From a virus, in IMG/VR virus record IMGVR_UViG_3300008017_000012: a stretch of 64,000 bases of DNA; one strand, given 5' to 3'. Shown here piece after piece: positions 28,869-38,409 of the stretch. A program made the translations under genes and the position numbers. Under the pieces are notes generated by a model. That model was not told where the DNA came from and searched no databases. It was given only the letters and a program-made list of their open reading frames with translations. The first letter of the stretch is position 1; each line of letters begins with the position of its first letter.

Positions 28869-29354
28869 ATGTCTAAAGATAAAAAATATTATCAAATTTC
28901 AGATTTATACCCATTATTACAACATCCGGAAAAATACAAAGGGAAACGTCCAATTCAGATGAGATCTAGTTGGGAAACAAAATTTGCCCTTAAATGGCTT
29001 GATATTAATATTAATATAATTGAATGGTCTAGTGAAGAAATTATTATTAAATATTTTAATCCTATTAAAAATAGAAATGCTAGATATTTTATGGATTTTT
29101 CTTTCAAAGCTAAAAATAAAAATGGTGATATAAAAGAATTTTGGGTTGAAATTAAACCTTCAGCTGAATGTACTGAACCAAAAAAACAAACAAGAATAAC
29201 TAAATCTTATAAATATAAAATTGAAACTTATATAACAAATAAAGCAAAATGGGATGCAACAGAAAATTTATGTGAAAGTTTAAGACAACAAGGTAAAGAT
29301 ATAACTTTTATGAAAGTAACTGAAAAAGATGCTCCATTCTTTTTAAGAGGTTAA
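28869..29354 (+). CDS. 4: Head completion nuclease (T4 gp4-like)
   Basis: PEKYKG..PIQMRSSWE...WSSEEIIIKY...RYFMDF...VEIKP. Confidence 0.9.
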   Translation: MSKDKKYYQISDLYPLLQHPEKYKGKRPIQMRSSWETKFALKWLDININIIEWSSEEIIIKYFNPIKNRNARYFMDFSFKAKNKNGDIKEFWVEIKPSAECTEPKKQTRITKSYKYKIETYITNKAKWDATENLCESLRQQGKDITFMKVTEKDAPFFLRG

Positions 29355-29396
29355 ATATTATGTTATCATTTAAAAAATTTATTAAAAGAAATTTAA

Positions 29397-29813
29397 ATGA
29401 TTGAATATAGTAAAATATACTATGGAAAGTATTTTCCACGAGGATTTGGAAAATTACATATATATGATTCAAAGCCACTATTTTTACCCCTTAGAATTAT
29501 TGGTAGATCAATGATAGTTATGAATCTTCATTGGATTCCAGGGCCACTAAGATATAAATTATGTCTTTTACTTAAAAATATATATGATCGAACAGAACCA
29601 AAAGAAGCTTTCAGAGTAACATATCAATTATTAAAAAACAATCCAGCATTAGTTTTTACAATGCCAGCTATTAGAAGATATTATTTAAATGGATTATCTA
29701 ATTTAATAGAAATACCAGGGGAAAATTGGGAAGATTTACCTCTATTATCTAATTCAAAATATAGAGCTAGATATTTAAAACAAATTTATGCTCCTGCTGG
29801 GTTGTTAAAATAA
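29397..29813 (+). CDS. 2: DNA end protector protein (T4 gp2-like)
   Basis: YDSKPL...MNLHWIP..LR...AIRRYY; adjacent to gp4. Confidence 0.75.
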   Translation: MIEYSKIYYGKYFPRGFGKLHIYDSKPLFLPLRIIGRSMIVMNLHWIPGPLRYKLCLLLKNIYDRTEPKEAFRVTYQLLKNNPALVFTMPAIRRYYLNGLSNLIEIPGENWEDLPLLSNSKYRARYLKQIYAPAGLLK

Positions 29814-29844
29814 ATACATATAAATATATTTAGGTGATTATATA

Positions 29845-30210
29845 ATGATAAGATTTAAAGAATTTATAACTGAAAATAAACATTATTCTGATATTGAAGA
29901 ATTTAAAAAATATTGGAAAAATAAAGGTGTTGATAATTCAATAACTGAAACAAAAAATATTATTAAACCAAATATTATTAAAATTGATAAAGAAAATAGA
30001 AATAAAGGTTTAGGAACAGATTTTATGAAAGATTTAATTTCTTATGCAGATAAAAAAGAAAAAATATTAACTCTTTCACCAACAATAAATTTTGGTGCAA
30101 CAAGTAAAAAAAGATTAATTAATTTTTTTAAAAGATTTGATTTTGTTGAAAATAAAGGGCGTAATATAAATTATCAGTTTTCTGACTCTATGTATAGAGA
30201 ACCTAAATAG
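29845..30210 (+). CDS. MIRFKEFITE-tagged GNAT acetyltransferase-like protein
   Basis: IKIDKENRNKGLGTDFM acetyl-CoA motif A and LINFFKRFDF; late promoter at 29819-29826. Confidence 0.75.
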   Translation: MIRFKEFITENKHYSDIEEFKKYWKNKGVDNSITETKNIIKPNIIKIDKENRNKGLGTDFMKDLISYADKKEKILTLSPTINFGATSKKRLINFFKRFDFVENKGRNINYQFSDSMYREPK

Positions 30211-30219
30211 GATTAAAAA

Positions 30220-31836
30220 ATGAATTTATTAGAAAGTTGGAATGAATTAACTGAATCTTTAAAAAAACCATTTTATAGCCATAAAGAAGCTAGATTGGAT
30301 ACTTTTAAAGATTCTAGTCAAATTATAAAACCAAGTGAAACTGAAGATACCAGTATATATTATGATCCATTTTCTGGTTATTCAAATAGTATGTTACAAA
30401 ATAGTAACGCTGTTGCTACATATAATGATTTTGTAAAAAAATGGCGTGAAGTTTCTTGTCTACCTGAAGTTGATCAAGCAATTCAAGAAATTTCATCAGA
30501 AGCAATTGTTTTTGATGAAATTGATGAAGTTATTGAATTAAATCTTGATAATATTGAATTACCTGAATCTATAAAAACAAAAATTAAAGATTCTTTTGCT
30601 AAAATTATGTATCTATTAGATTTTAATGAAAAAGGTGAAGAATTATTTAGACAATGGTATATTGATGCAACTTTAAATTTAGAAGTTGTTTATAATAATA
30701 GAAAACCTAAAGATGGTATACAAAAATTAATTCTTTTATCACCTTATAATATTTTTAAATTTAAAAATGAAAAAACTTCTGAAATTAAATGGTATATAAA
30801 TTCTAAACAAACTTATAATATTTTAAAAGATATTAATAATTCTGAAAAATCCTATTATGATGAACAAATTGTCCATATTAATTCAGGTTTGTTATCTCCT
30901 GATAAAAAATTTTACCATAGCTTTCTCCAAAAAGCAATAAAACCTATTAATCAATTATACTTATTAGAAGATTCTTTAGTTATTATGAGAATGTCTAAAA
31001 GTGTTGAAAAAAGAGCTTTTTATGTGGATACAGGTAATCTTCCTAAATCTAAAGCTGAAGAATATATGAGAAATTTAATTACTAAATACCGCCAAAAGAA
31101 AGTCTATAATACTGAAAAAGGTACTATTGAAAACCAAAATAAAACTATTTCCGTTTTAGAAGATTTTTGGTTTCCTGTTAACTCAACTTCAAGAGGTACT
31201 AGAGTTGAAAACCTCCAAGGGGTTTCTAATAATTTTACTTCTTTTGATGATGTTAATTATTTTATTGATAAAGTTTATAATGCTTTGCAAATTCCTGCCA
31301 CTAGAAGAAATAAAGAATCTCGTTTGTCTATTGGTTCTAATATTGATATTGAACGTGATGAAATCCAATTTTTTAAGTTTATCCTAAAACTTAGAAGACG
31401 TTTCAATAATATGTTTGTTGATTTGTTGAAAAAAGATATTATTTCTCGCCAAATTATGACTTTGCGTGATTGGAATAAAATCCAAGAAAAAATAAAATTT
31501 ATTTATGCTAACTCTAATGAAATATCTTTGATTAAAAAAATGCAAATTACTCAAATTAAAATGGATTCAGCAGCTTCTAGTCTCTCTATGCTTCAAGATG
31601 GAATTATTTCTAAAAAATATATCCAAAAATATATTCTTGAATTAACTGATGACGAAATTAAAGAAATTGATATGGATATAATGACAAATGATAATACTGA
31701 AGTCGATGCCTTAGGAAATCCTTCAAGTAATACACCTGATGGTGAAGAACAAGGATATGAAGAAATTAGTAATGATGAAGTCAATCCTGATTCTGATGAT
31801 TCTGATGAAAAAATAACTCCTGTTGCTAAATCTTAA
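30220..31836 (+). CDS. 20: Portal protein (T4 gp20-like)
   Basis: PEVDQAIQEI, FRQWYID, LEDSLVI.R..., RAFYVDTGNLPKSKAEEY, EDFWFP, RDEIQF. Confidence 0.95.
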   Translation: MNLLESWNELTESLKKPFYSHKEARLDTFKDSSQIIKPSETEDTSIYYDPFSGYSNSMLQNSNAVATYNDFVKKWREVSCLPEVDQAIQEISSEAIVFDEIDEVIELNLDNIELPESIKTKIKDSFAKIMYLLDFNEKGEELFRQWYIDATLNLEVVYNNRKPKDGIQKLILLSPYNIFKFKNEKTSEIKWYINSKQTYNILKDINNSEKSYYDEQIVHINSGLLSPDKKFYHSFLQKAIKPINQLYLLEDSLVIMRMSKSVEKRAFYVDTGNLPKSKAEEYMRNLITKYRQKKVYNTEKGTIENQNKTISVLEDFWFPVNSTSRGTRVENLQGVSNNFTSFDDVNYFIDKVYNALQIPATRRNKESRLSIGSNIDIERDEIQFFKFILKLRRRFNNMFVDLLKKDIISRQIMTLRDWNKIQEKIKFIYANSNEISLIKKMQITQIKMDSAASSLSMLQDGIISKKYIQKYILELTDDEIKEIDMDIMTNDNTEVDALGNPSSNTPDGEEQGYEEISNDEVNPDSDDSDEKITPVAKS

Positions 31837-31847
31837 TAAGGAATAAA

Positions 31848-34220
31848 ATGAAAATTAAAACAAAATTTATAAAAGATCTTCAAAATTCTGAGGGGTATAA
31901 TTCTGAAAGCTTTGTTCCTGTCTCAGATGGCGGTGTTACTAAAAAATTAAAAGAATCTGAATTAGCCCCTGTTAGAAGTTTTAATGGCAGAATAGGCGAT
32001 GTAGAATTTACACAAGATGATTTTGATTCAAAATTATCTATCCATACTAACCCATCTGCTAGTGTTGACCCTCATCCACAATATCTAAGAAGTGCTGTTG
32101 CTTTCCCTGTTAAATCTGTTCAAGCTGTTGATAAGTTTGGCGCTATTTCTCCAATTCAATATGGTAATATTTTTCTGAATGTTTCTGATTTTGGCCTAGA
32201 TCAAGTTGATAATACAAGTGATTTGAATAAACCAATTTCTAATAATACTCAAAATGCTCTTGATTTAAAATCTGATATTAATAATAGTCATTTAACAGGT
32301 ACAACTGTTATAGATAATTTAAGTGTTTCAGGTTCTGTGTCAGGTATTGATAAATCTGATGTTGGCCTAGATCAAGTTGATAATACAAGTGATTTGAATA
32401 AACCAATTTCTAATAATACTCAAAATGCTCTTGATTCAAAAGTTAATGCTAATAATAGTCATTTAACAGGTACAACTGTTATAGATAATTTAAGTGTTTC
32501 AGGTTCTGTGTCAGGTATTGATTATAATATGTTAGAAGGGGATATTAATTATATCTCTTTAAATAATGCTCCAACAATACCAGCATTTAAAGAAGGAAAT
32601 AGTTATTGGGATAATGAAAATAAATGTATTTCAACACAATTAACACAAGATGTTACATTACAAAATGGTCAAGAAATTCATGTGTATGTAAGTAATATTT
32701 CAGGAAGTACAATTACTAATGGAACTGTAGTTTATATTGATACACATAATAATGGTTATCCAACAATTCAAAAAACTAATAATACTGAAACAATGGAAAG
32801 TCATGTTCTAGGTGTTGCAACTCAAGATATTCTTAATAATGATCATGGCTATGTAACAGCTTATGGATTTGTACATGATATAGATACTTCTTCTTGTACA
32901 GAAGGACAAATGGCATATTCTGATGAAAATGGAAATTTAATAACCACAAGACCTGTACCACCTGATTACCCTGTTTGTGTTGGTAAAATAATCATTTCTC
33001 ATGCTGTTTCAGGAAGTATTTTTGTTGATCCAGGTGATGCAGCTTCTATAACTTCATTAACAGATATGTTTGCTTCATCAAAAGATCCTACTGGTTGGGT
33101 AGATCCAAATAATTTAATTATTAACTATTCTGCTTCTGGTAGAACTATTTCTTTAACTCATTCTATTCCAGGCAAAAATATTGAATATATGTGGCAGGGT
33201 TTAAAGAAAAATATTGGAACTTCTTGGGTTTCTCCTCAACATCCAGCTACTTTAGATAAACAATATTTTTTATTTTCTTCTGATGGTGTTACTTTTAATT
33301 GGTCAGAAATGTCTTGGGCATTTAGTGATATTATGGTTGCTTTTGTTAATTATGGAACAATTGATAAATATTGTATTCGGGAGACTCATGGTTTGATGCC
33401 TTGGCAAGTACATGAAGAGTTTCATCAAATACATGGCACATATAGAATATCAGGCGGTACTTTATCTAATTATGTTTTATCATCAACAACAGCAGCTAAT
33501 AGAAGACCTTTTGTCACTGAAACACTTATTAAAGACGAAGATTTAAAAACATATAATCCATTACTTAATACTGCTTTATATACAAGAATGCATTTAGAAT
33601 CAACAGGTTTAAATATATTTTCAAAATCAAATAGTGATATTATTGCGTTATCTGGTAATCAACCATATTATAATCAATTTACTGGTGGAACATGGGTACA
33701 AACATTAGTTGCAAATAATGAATATACTACAGTTTGGTTAATTTCTGCACCAATGGCAGCAGATAGTAATTCACAAGCATATAGATATATATGGTTACAA
33801 GGACAATCATCAGGTAGTTTAACTTCGCAAGAAGCTTTATTTCCAAGTGATTTAAATTTAGGATTTTTAGGAGAGTTAACAACAGAGTTTATTTTTATAA
33901 CAAAACTAATTATTAGATATACTTCTAGTAATTGGTTTATAGTATCAGTAAGTGATTTAACAGGCACAAGACAATCAACCACAGGTGTTGGTACATCAGG
34001 AGTTTATTTATCAGCTGTTACAACAGATCTTTCACTTAATGGATTAGGAACATCTGTATCACCTTTATCATTATTAAATTCAGAAGGTGTTGGATTCATA
34101 CCTAATTCAACTGTAATACCAGTTGCTGACCCTGTTGGTGGTGGTTATTTTTATGTTGAAGCTGGAGCTTTAAAATATAGAGGTTCTTCAGGTACAATTA
34201 CTACTATAGCGAATGCATAA
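31848..34220 (+). CDS. Fibre/virion structural protein, 790 aa
   Basis: VGLDQVDNTSDLNKPIS fibre repeats, DPHPQY motif, beta-rich composition. Confidence 0.65.
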   Translation: MKIKTKFIKDLQNSEGYNSESFVPVSDGGVTKKLKESELAPVRSFNGRIGDVEFTQDDFDSKLSIHTNPSASVDPHPQYLRSAVAFPVKSVQAVDKFGAISPIQYGNIFLNVSDFGLDQVDNTSDLNKPISNNTQNALDLKSDINNSHLTGTTVIDNLSVSGSVSGIDKSDVGLDQVDNTSDLNKPISNNTQNALDSKVNANNSHLTGTTVIDNLSVSGSVSGIDYNMLEGDINYISLNNAPTIPAFKEGNSYWDNENKCISTQLTQDVTLQNGQEIHVYVSNISGSTITNGTVVYIDTHNNGYPTIQKTNNTETMESHVLGVATQDILNNDHGYVTAYGFVHDIDTSSCTEGQMAYSDENGNLITTRPVPPDYPVCVGKIIISHAVSGSIFVDPGDAASITSLTDMFASSKDPTGWVDPNNLIINYSASGRTISLTHSIPGKNIEYMWQGLKKNIGTSWVSPQHPATLDKQYFLFSSDGVTFNWSEMSWAFSDIMVAFVNYGTIDKYCIRETHGLMPWQVHEEFHQIHGTYRISGGTLSNYVLSSTTAANRRPFVTETLIKDEDLKTYNPLLNTALYTRMHLESTGLNIFSKSNSDIIALSGNQPYYNQFTGGTWVQTLVANNEYTTVWLISAPMAADSNSQAYRYIWLQGQSSGSLTSQEALFPSDLNLGFLGELTTEFIFITKLIIRYTSSNWFIVSVSDLTGTRQSTTGVGTSGVYLSAVTTDLSLNGLGTSVSPLSLLNSEGVGFIPNSTVIPVADPVGGGYFYVEAGALKYRGSSGTITTIANA
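32191..32522 (+). repeat. Near-perfect tandem duplication, 171-nt (57-aa) period
   Basis: TTGGCCTAGATCAAGTTGATAATAC starts at 32191 and 32362. Confidence 0.9.
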
Positions 34221-34265
34221 TTTTTATAAATAACATAAACTATATATATTAAGAGGAGTTTACTT

Positions 34266-34526
34266 ATGGATTTTAATCAAGTTTTAAAAAAATTAGAAGA
34301 GCAAGAAATTGAAGTTGAATATAATATTCCTTCAGGTAAAGAATCTATTGCTGATAGAGTGTTTTCACCTTTATTGAAACAACAATCTCAAAAAAATAAA
34401 AATAAAATTTCTGCTTCACCTGCATTACAAAAAACTGGGCCTAATAAAGGTAAAAAAATTAAAGTTCGGTATAGAAATGCGCAAGAAAAAGAAGCTTATG
34501 AACGTAAATTAGGAATTGGAGAATAA
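34266..34526 (+). CDS. Hypothetical late protein
   Basis: Late promoter at 34225-34232; GAGGAG RBS. Confidence 0.65.
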   Translation: MDFNQVLKKLEEQEIEVEYNIPSGKESIADRVFSPLLKQQSQKNKNKISASPALQKTGPNKGKKIKVRYRNAQEKEAYERKLGIGE

Positions 34527-34528
34527 CT

Positions 34529-35011
34529 ATGTTATCTCAAGAAATATTAGAAGCTCTTAATGATCAAGCACAACATGAAAAAACAAATTCTTATATATAT
34601 AGGAATTTTGCAGGTATTGCTGATTATCAATCACTATTAGGAACAACAAAATGGTTTATGAAACAAAGTAAAGAAGAAGCAAGCCATTTTGACCTTGTTG
34701 TTAATTATATTCAAAACCAAGGTCATATACCAAAATTATTATCTATCCCTGAACAAGATAATACAAATATTACTCTTTATGATATGTTTGTTAGAAGTTT
34801 AGCAACTGAAATAGAAACTCTTGAAAAACTCAAAAAAATATGTTCACTTTGTAAATTAGAAAATGATGATCAAACTTATAAATTAATACTTGATATGGTA
34901 TATGAACAAATTGAAGAAGTGAAAACAGTTAGTGATATTTTAAATAGAATTAAACAAGCAGGTACTGGTTTAGGATTTATTATTATTGATCAAGAATTGG
35001 CTAATAGATAA
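34529..35011 (+). CDS. ftn: Non-haem ferritin
   Basis: LNDQ..HE...Y...WF.KQS.EE..H...YEQIEE ferroxidase-centre pattern. Confidence 0.85.
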   Translation: MLSQEILEALNDQAQHEKTNSYIYRNFAGIADYQSLLGTTKWFMKQSKEEASHFDLVVNYIQNQGHIPKLLSIPEQDNTNITLYDMFVRSLATEIETLEKLKKICSLCKLENDDQTYKLILDMVYEQIEEVKTVSDILNRIKQAGTGLGFIIIDQELANR

Positions 35012-35072
35012 TAGATATTTAAAGGGGGTACCGGACAAGCCTCATTATATCATCTAGTACCGTATCTGTCAA
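35012..35072 (-). promoter_or_regulatory. Perfect-consensus sigma70 promoter, antisense to ferritin (copy B)
   Basis: TTGACA (35072-35067), 17 nt, TATAAT (35049-35044). Confidence 0.8.
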
Positions 35073-35096
35073 CCTCTTTCTAAGAAAGAAAAATGA

Positions 35097-35267
35097 ATGA
35101 ATATTAAAAAAATATGTATTAAAATCTTATTAACACTACCTGCAATTGGTTTAGGAATTTTAGCTTTACTTATTCAATTATTTTTTTCTATAACTGAATG
35201 GCTAAGAACATTTGTTTTATTTCAACCAATTATAGATTTGTGGTTTCCAAATAATTTAAAGGAATAG
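35097..35267 (+). CDS. Small membrane protein, 56 aa
   Basis: Manually translated MNIKKICIKILLTLPAIGLGILALLIQLFF...; one long hydrophobic stretch. Confidence 0.5.
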   Translation: MNIKKICIKILLTLPAIGLGILALLIQLFFSITEWLRTFVLFQPIIDLWFPNNLKE

Positions 35268-35269
35268 AT

Positions 35270-35845
35270 ATGAAGTGGTCAGATGTAGGTGATTGGGTAA
35301 AAGAAAATGCTGGGGCTGGCGTTGGATTAGTTGGCTCTCTTTTAACTGGTAATATTCCTGGTGCTATTGCAGCAGGGGTTTCAATGGTGTCTAGTGCTAC
35401 TGGTAGTGATGATCCTGATAAAGCTTTATCTATTTTACAATCTAACCCTGAAGCTACTTTGAAACTTAAAGAATTATATTTCAAAAATGAAGATTCCATT
35501 AGAAGTCATTTAGAACAAATGACTAAACTTGATCTTGAAGATAAACAAAAAGAACATGAACAAACTCAATTGACTATTCGTAATGCCGATAATGCTACTG
35601 ATGAATATGTCAGAAGAACTAGACCTAAAATGGCTAAACAAAGTTTTTGGCTTGGCTCTCTTTATTGCTGTATTATGGAATTAGGAAATTCAATTTCTTT
35701 CTTTGATTCTAATAATATTGAACACCAATTATTATCAAGTGGCGCTAATTGGGAAATTGCTACTCTTTTATTTTCAGGTGCTTTTGCTTATATGGGGTTA
35801 CGTACTATGGATAAAATTAAAGGCAAAAATTCTATAATTAAATAA
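35270..35845 (+). CDS. Holin-like membrane protein (3TM-holin type)
   Basis: Gly-rich N-terminus, coiled region, VRRTRP followed by hydrophobic helices ending FAYMGLRTMDK. Confidence 0.65.
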   Translation: MKWSDVGDWVKENAGAGVGLVGSLLTGNIPGAIAAGVSMVSSATGSDDPDKALSILQSNPEATLKLKELYFKNEDSIRSHLEQMTKLDLEDKQKEHEQTQLTIRNADNATDEYVRRTRPKMAKQSFWLGSLYCCIMELGNSISFFDSNNIEHQLLSSGANWEIATLLFSGAFAYMGLRTMDKIKGKNSIIK

Positions 35846-35884
35846 CTATAAATAAATATAAACTACTTAAGGAGACTATTTACT

Positions 35885-37834
35885 ATGGCAATTGGCGATT
35901 TAACAGTTGTTGGATCTAATCTAACAGGGATTTCATGTTCAGGAAATTATCATGGTGAATTTACTGGGGATCTTGTAAAACCAGTAAAAAATGAGCAAGT
36001 TCTTCTTGCTGATCTTAAAAATATTATAGGTAATCCAGGTGATACTGTATATATGACAGGAAGAACCTCACCAGGTGATGGAGATGATGGTACTTTCTAC
36101 TGGGATTCTAGTGACTTATCAGCTAAAGTAGCAACTGATACTCTTAGTGATATATATGTTGCTCCGAATATAGATTTGACCGGGGCAAGCGGAGGGTGGG
36201 TGCGGCAGCTCATTAGTGCCACTCAAGCCGAAATGGAAGCAGGCACCGAAACCGCGCTTCGTTCTATGTCGCCACTACTGGTTCGGCAGGCAATAGATGC
36301 TCAGATGCCAAACAATATTATTGGTGCACCTGGGGAAGCAGGTTTTGGTGTTGGCATTGCCCCTGCCTCAGCTGTCCCAGAAGGAATGACGTATCTTGGG
36401 ACGTCATTCCTTCTGGGAGATAATTACGGCAATTACCAGTTTTCTGATGGTTCCATCATGTGCTACGTACCGAAGTTTTACTACCGCATAGCTCATGTCA
36501 GTAATCCAACCTATGCAACCTACGGGGTTAACTCGTGTGATGTTAAAGGGGTCAACACCTTTGCAACTACCGCAGATGCCAACGCCGCAGGCTATGCGCT
36601 GCATCGTGCTTTTATTGACGGCGGTACCGAAAAAGATGGATTTTTTGTTGATAAATATATGTGTAGTAAAAACGCCCTTGGCAGTGGTTTTGTTGCCAGT
36701 TCCCTTCAAAACGGTCTGCCAATTTCAACCAACAATACCCATAACCCAATTGCCGCCCTGACCGCCTGCGCGGACAACTATAATTACGAAGCGATTAATG
36801 CTGCTCATGCCCGTGACGGTATAGATGGGGCAATTAATCCTGATTCGATTTTTTTCTGCAACTCTCGTCAAATTCATGGAGCACTGGCGCTGCTCTCCCT
36901 CGCTCACGGCCAAAAATCCTTAAATACCACAAACTGCGCCTGGTATGATGCTACCTACAATTTCCCCAAAGGTTGTAACAATAACGCCCTGGGGGATGCA
37001 AACGATGCCACTATCGCTTACACCAGTGATGGTTTTGACAACTGCGGGAAGACCGGCAGTGGTACCCCGTTTGCAAAAACCACACACAATGGCCAAGCGT
37101 GCGGCGTAGCTGATTTGAACGGTTTGATGTACGAGGTCAATATTGGTCTAACCTGTATCGCCACTACCAAAACAATAACCGCAATAACGCAAGCCAACCC
37201 CTGTCAGGTTACTGTTGTCGGTCACGGACTGACAACAGGAGACTACGTACTAATTGGTAGCCTTGCTGGCATGACGGAACTTAGAAATAAAATCTATAAG
37301 GTCACGGTTGTTGATGCGAATAACTTTACCTTGTATGGTGTTAACTCAACGGCCTTTTCTGCCTATATCGGCGGGGGTACTGCCATTATAGGTACATTTT
37401 ATCGGGCAGCTGATAGTACAGAGATGCGCAATTTTACCGCAGGCAACACACTGGCAACAGATCATTGGGGGGTCACAGGAGTCACCGCAATGATGACGCC
37501 GTTTGTTCCTGCGTTTGCGGCAACCTACCCTAGCAACAATTCTACTCAGCGTTTTGGTTCATCGGCGGAGCAGGTTATTGCCAGTAATGTTAGCGGAGAC
37601 GCCTGGGAAATGGCGGGGCTGGGATTTCCGCGGCAGACGGCAATCTCCCAAGTAGGCACAAATTTGTTTGGTGTAGATTATTACTATCAATATGTGCGTC
37701 ATGATCTGTGCCCGGCTTCGTCCCACTTTTGGCAAAATTTGACGCTGGCCGGGATCTGGTCGTTCGACTTTACCTCTTACCGGACGACTTCGAGCAACAT
37801 TTTCGGGTTCCGTACCGCCTGTTACCCTGCTTAA
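35885..37834 (+). CDS. Chimeric tail fibre / receptor-binding protein with C-type-lectin (FGE/Mtd-like) C-terminus
   Basis: AT-rich N-terminus with a GDGDDGTFYWD tailspike motif; GC-rich remainder with FFVDKY, GVADLNGLMYE and a terminal ...AGIW...GFR variable-region pattern; late promoter at 35847-35854. Confidence 0.75.
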   Translation: MAIGDLTVVGSNLTGISCSGNYHGEFTGDLVKPVKNEQVLLADLKNIIGNPGDTVYMTGRTSPGDGDDGTFYWDSSDLSAKVATDTLSDIYVAPNIDLTGASGGWVRQLISATQAEMEAGTETALRSMSPLLVRQAIDAQMPNNIIGAPGEAGFGVGIAPASAVPEGMTYLGTSFLLGDNYGNYQFSDGSIMCYVPKFYYRIAHVSNPTYATYGVNSCDVKGVNTFATTADANAAGYALHRAFIDGGTEKDGFFVDKYMCSKNALGSGFVASSLQNGLPISTNNTHNPIAALTACADNYNYEAINAAHARDGIDGAINPDSIFFCNSRQIHGALALLSLAHGQKSLNTTNCAWYDATYNFPKGCNNNALGDANDATIAYTSDGFDNCGKTGSGTPFAKTTHNGQACGVADLNGLMYEVNIGLTCIATTKTITAITQANPCQVTVVGHGLTTGDYVLIGSLAGMTELRNKIYKVTVVDANNFTLYGVNSTAFSAYIGGGTAIIGTFYRAADSTEMRNFTAGNTLATDHWGVTGVTAMMTPFVPAFAATYPSNNSTQRFGSSAEQVIASNVSGDAWEMAGLGFPRQTAISQVGTNLFGVDYYYQYVRHDLCPASSHFWQNLTLAGIWSFDFTSYRTTSSNIFGFRTACYPA

Positions 37835-37855
37835 GCAACAATAAGGAGTTTCACT

Positions 37856-38281
37856 ATGCAAATCTACAGCTATCAAAAAATATCCGATGATTACACCACC
37901 TACACCGCACAAGGCAGTGAAGAAAGTCCGGTGCAAGAGTTGTGTACAATTGACGGGACAACCTATTTTTACGGCCCAGACGAGCTGCCTCCGCAGCCTG
38001 AGAAGATTACAGTTGTGCCGGTAGTATTGACCGAGGAGTTACGTACTGCGATTAAAGCCGCTAGCCCAATGTGTCAATTGTCGTATCGCCGTACAAAAGC
38101 CCGCATCCGCGAGCGATACAGCCAAGAAGATGAAACATTTCTCGCCCGTATCGGCGTCGGCCAAGCTCTTGGGGTCTATCAAATGTCACCAGGAGAAATG
38201 CAAGAGCTGGCGGATTACCAAGCGTTTGTTGAAGAACAACGTGCCTGGGGTCGGGAACAACGGGAGCTGATAGGATTATGA
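37856..38281 (+). CDS. Hypothetical protein, possible fibre assembly/chaperone
   Basis: AAGGAG RBS; directly after the fibre gene in the island. Confidence 0.65.
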   Translation: MQIYSYQKISDDYTTYTAQGSEESPVQELCTIDGTTYFYGPDELPPQPEKITVVPVVLTEELRTAIKAASPMCQLSYRRTKARIRERYSQEDETFLARIGVGQALGVYQMSPGEMQELADYQAFVEEQRAWGREQRELIGL

Positions 38282-38397
38282 GCGACAAGTATAATCTGAT
38301 GAGATACTTAATAATAGCATTGATATTATTGTTGCCCTGTTCGGTCTCCGCCGACAATTACTATTATCTCTTTGGTGTAAAAGTCACGCTTTGGTAA
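38278..38397 (+). CDS. Small hydrophobic peptide, 39 aa
   Basis: MSDKYNLMRYLIIALILLLPCSVSADNYYY...; overlaps the upstream stop. Confidence 0.4.
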   Translation: MSDKYNLMRYLIIALILLLPCSVSADNYYYLFGVKVTLW

Positions 38398-38409
38398 AGG
38401 AGCCACACA

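Noticed and set aside
36404-38357. Extra overlapping ORFs in the GC-rich island (36404, 36495, 36725, 37559, 37708, 38061)
   Set aside because: Expected from lower stop-codon frequency in GC-rich DNA; they overlap well-supported plus-strand genes.
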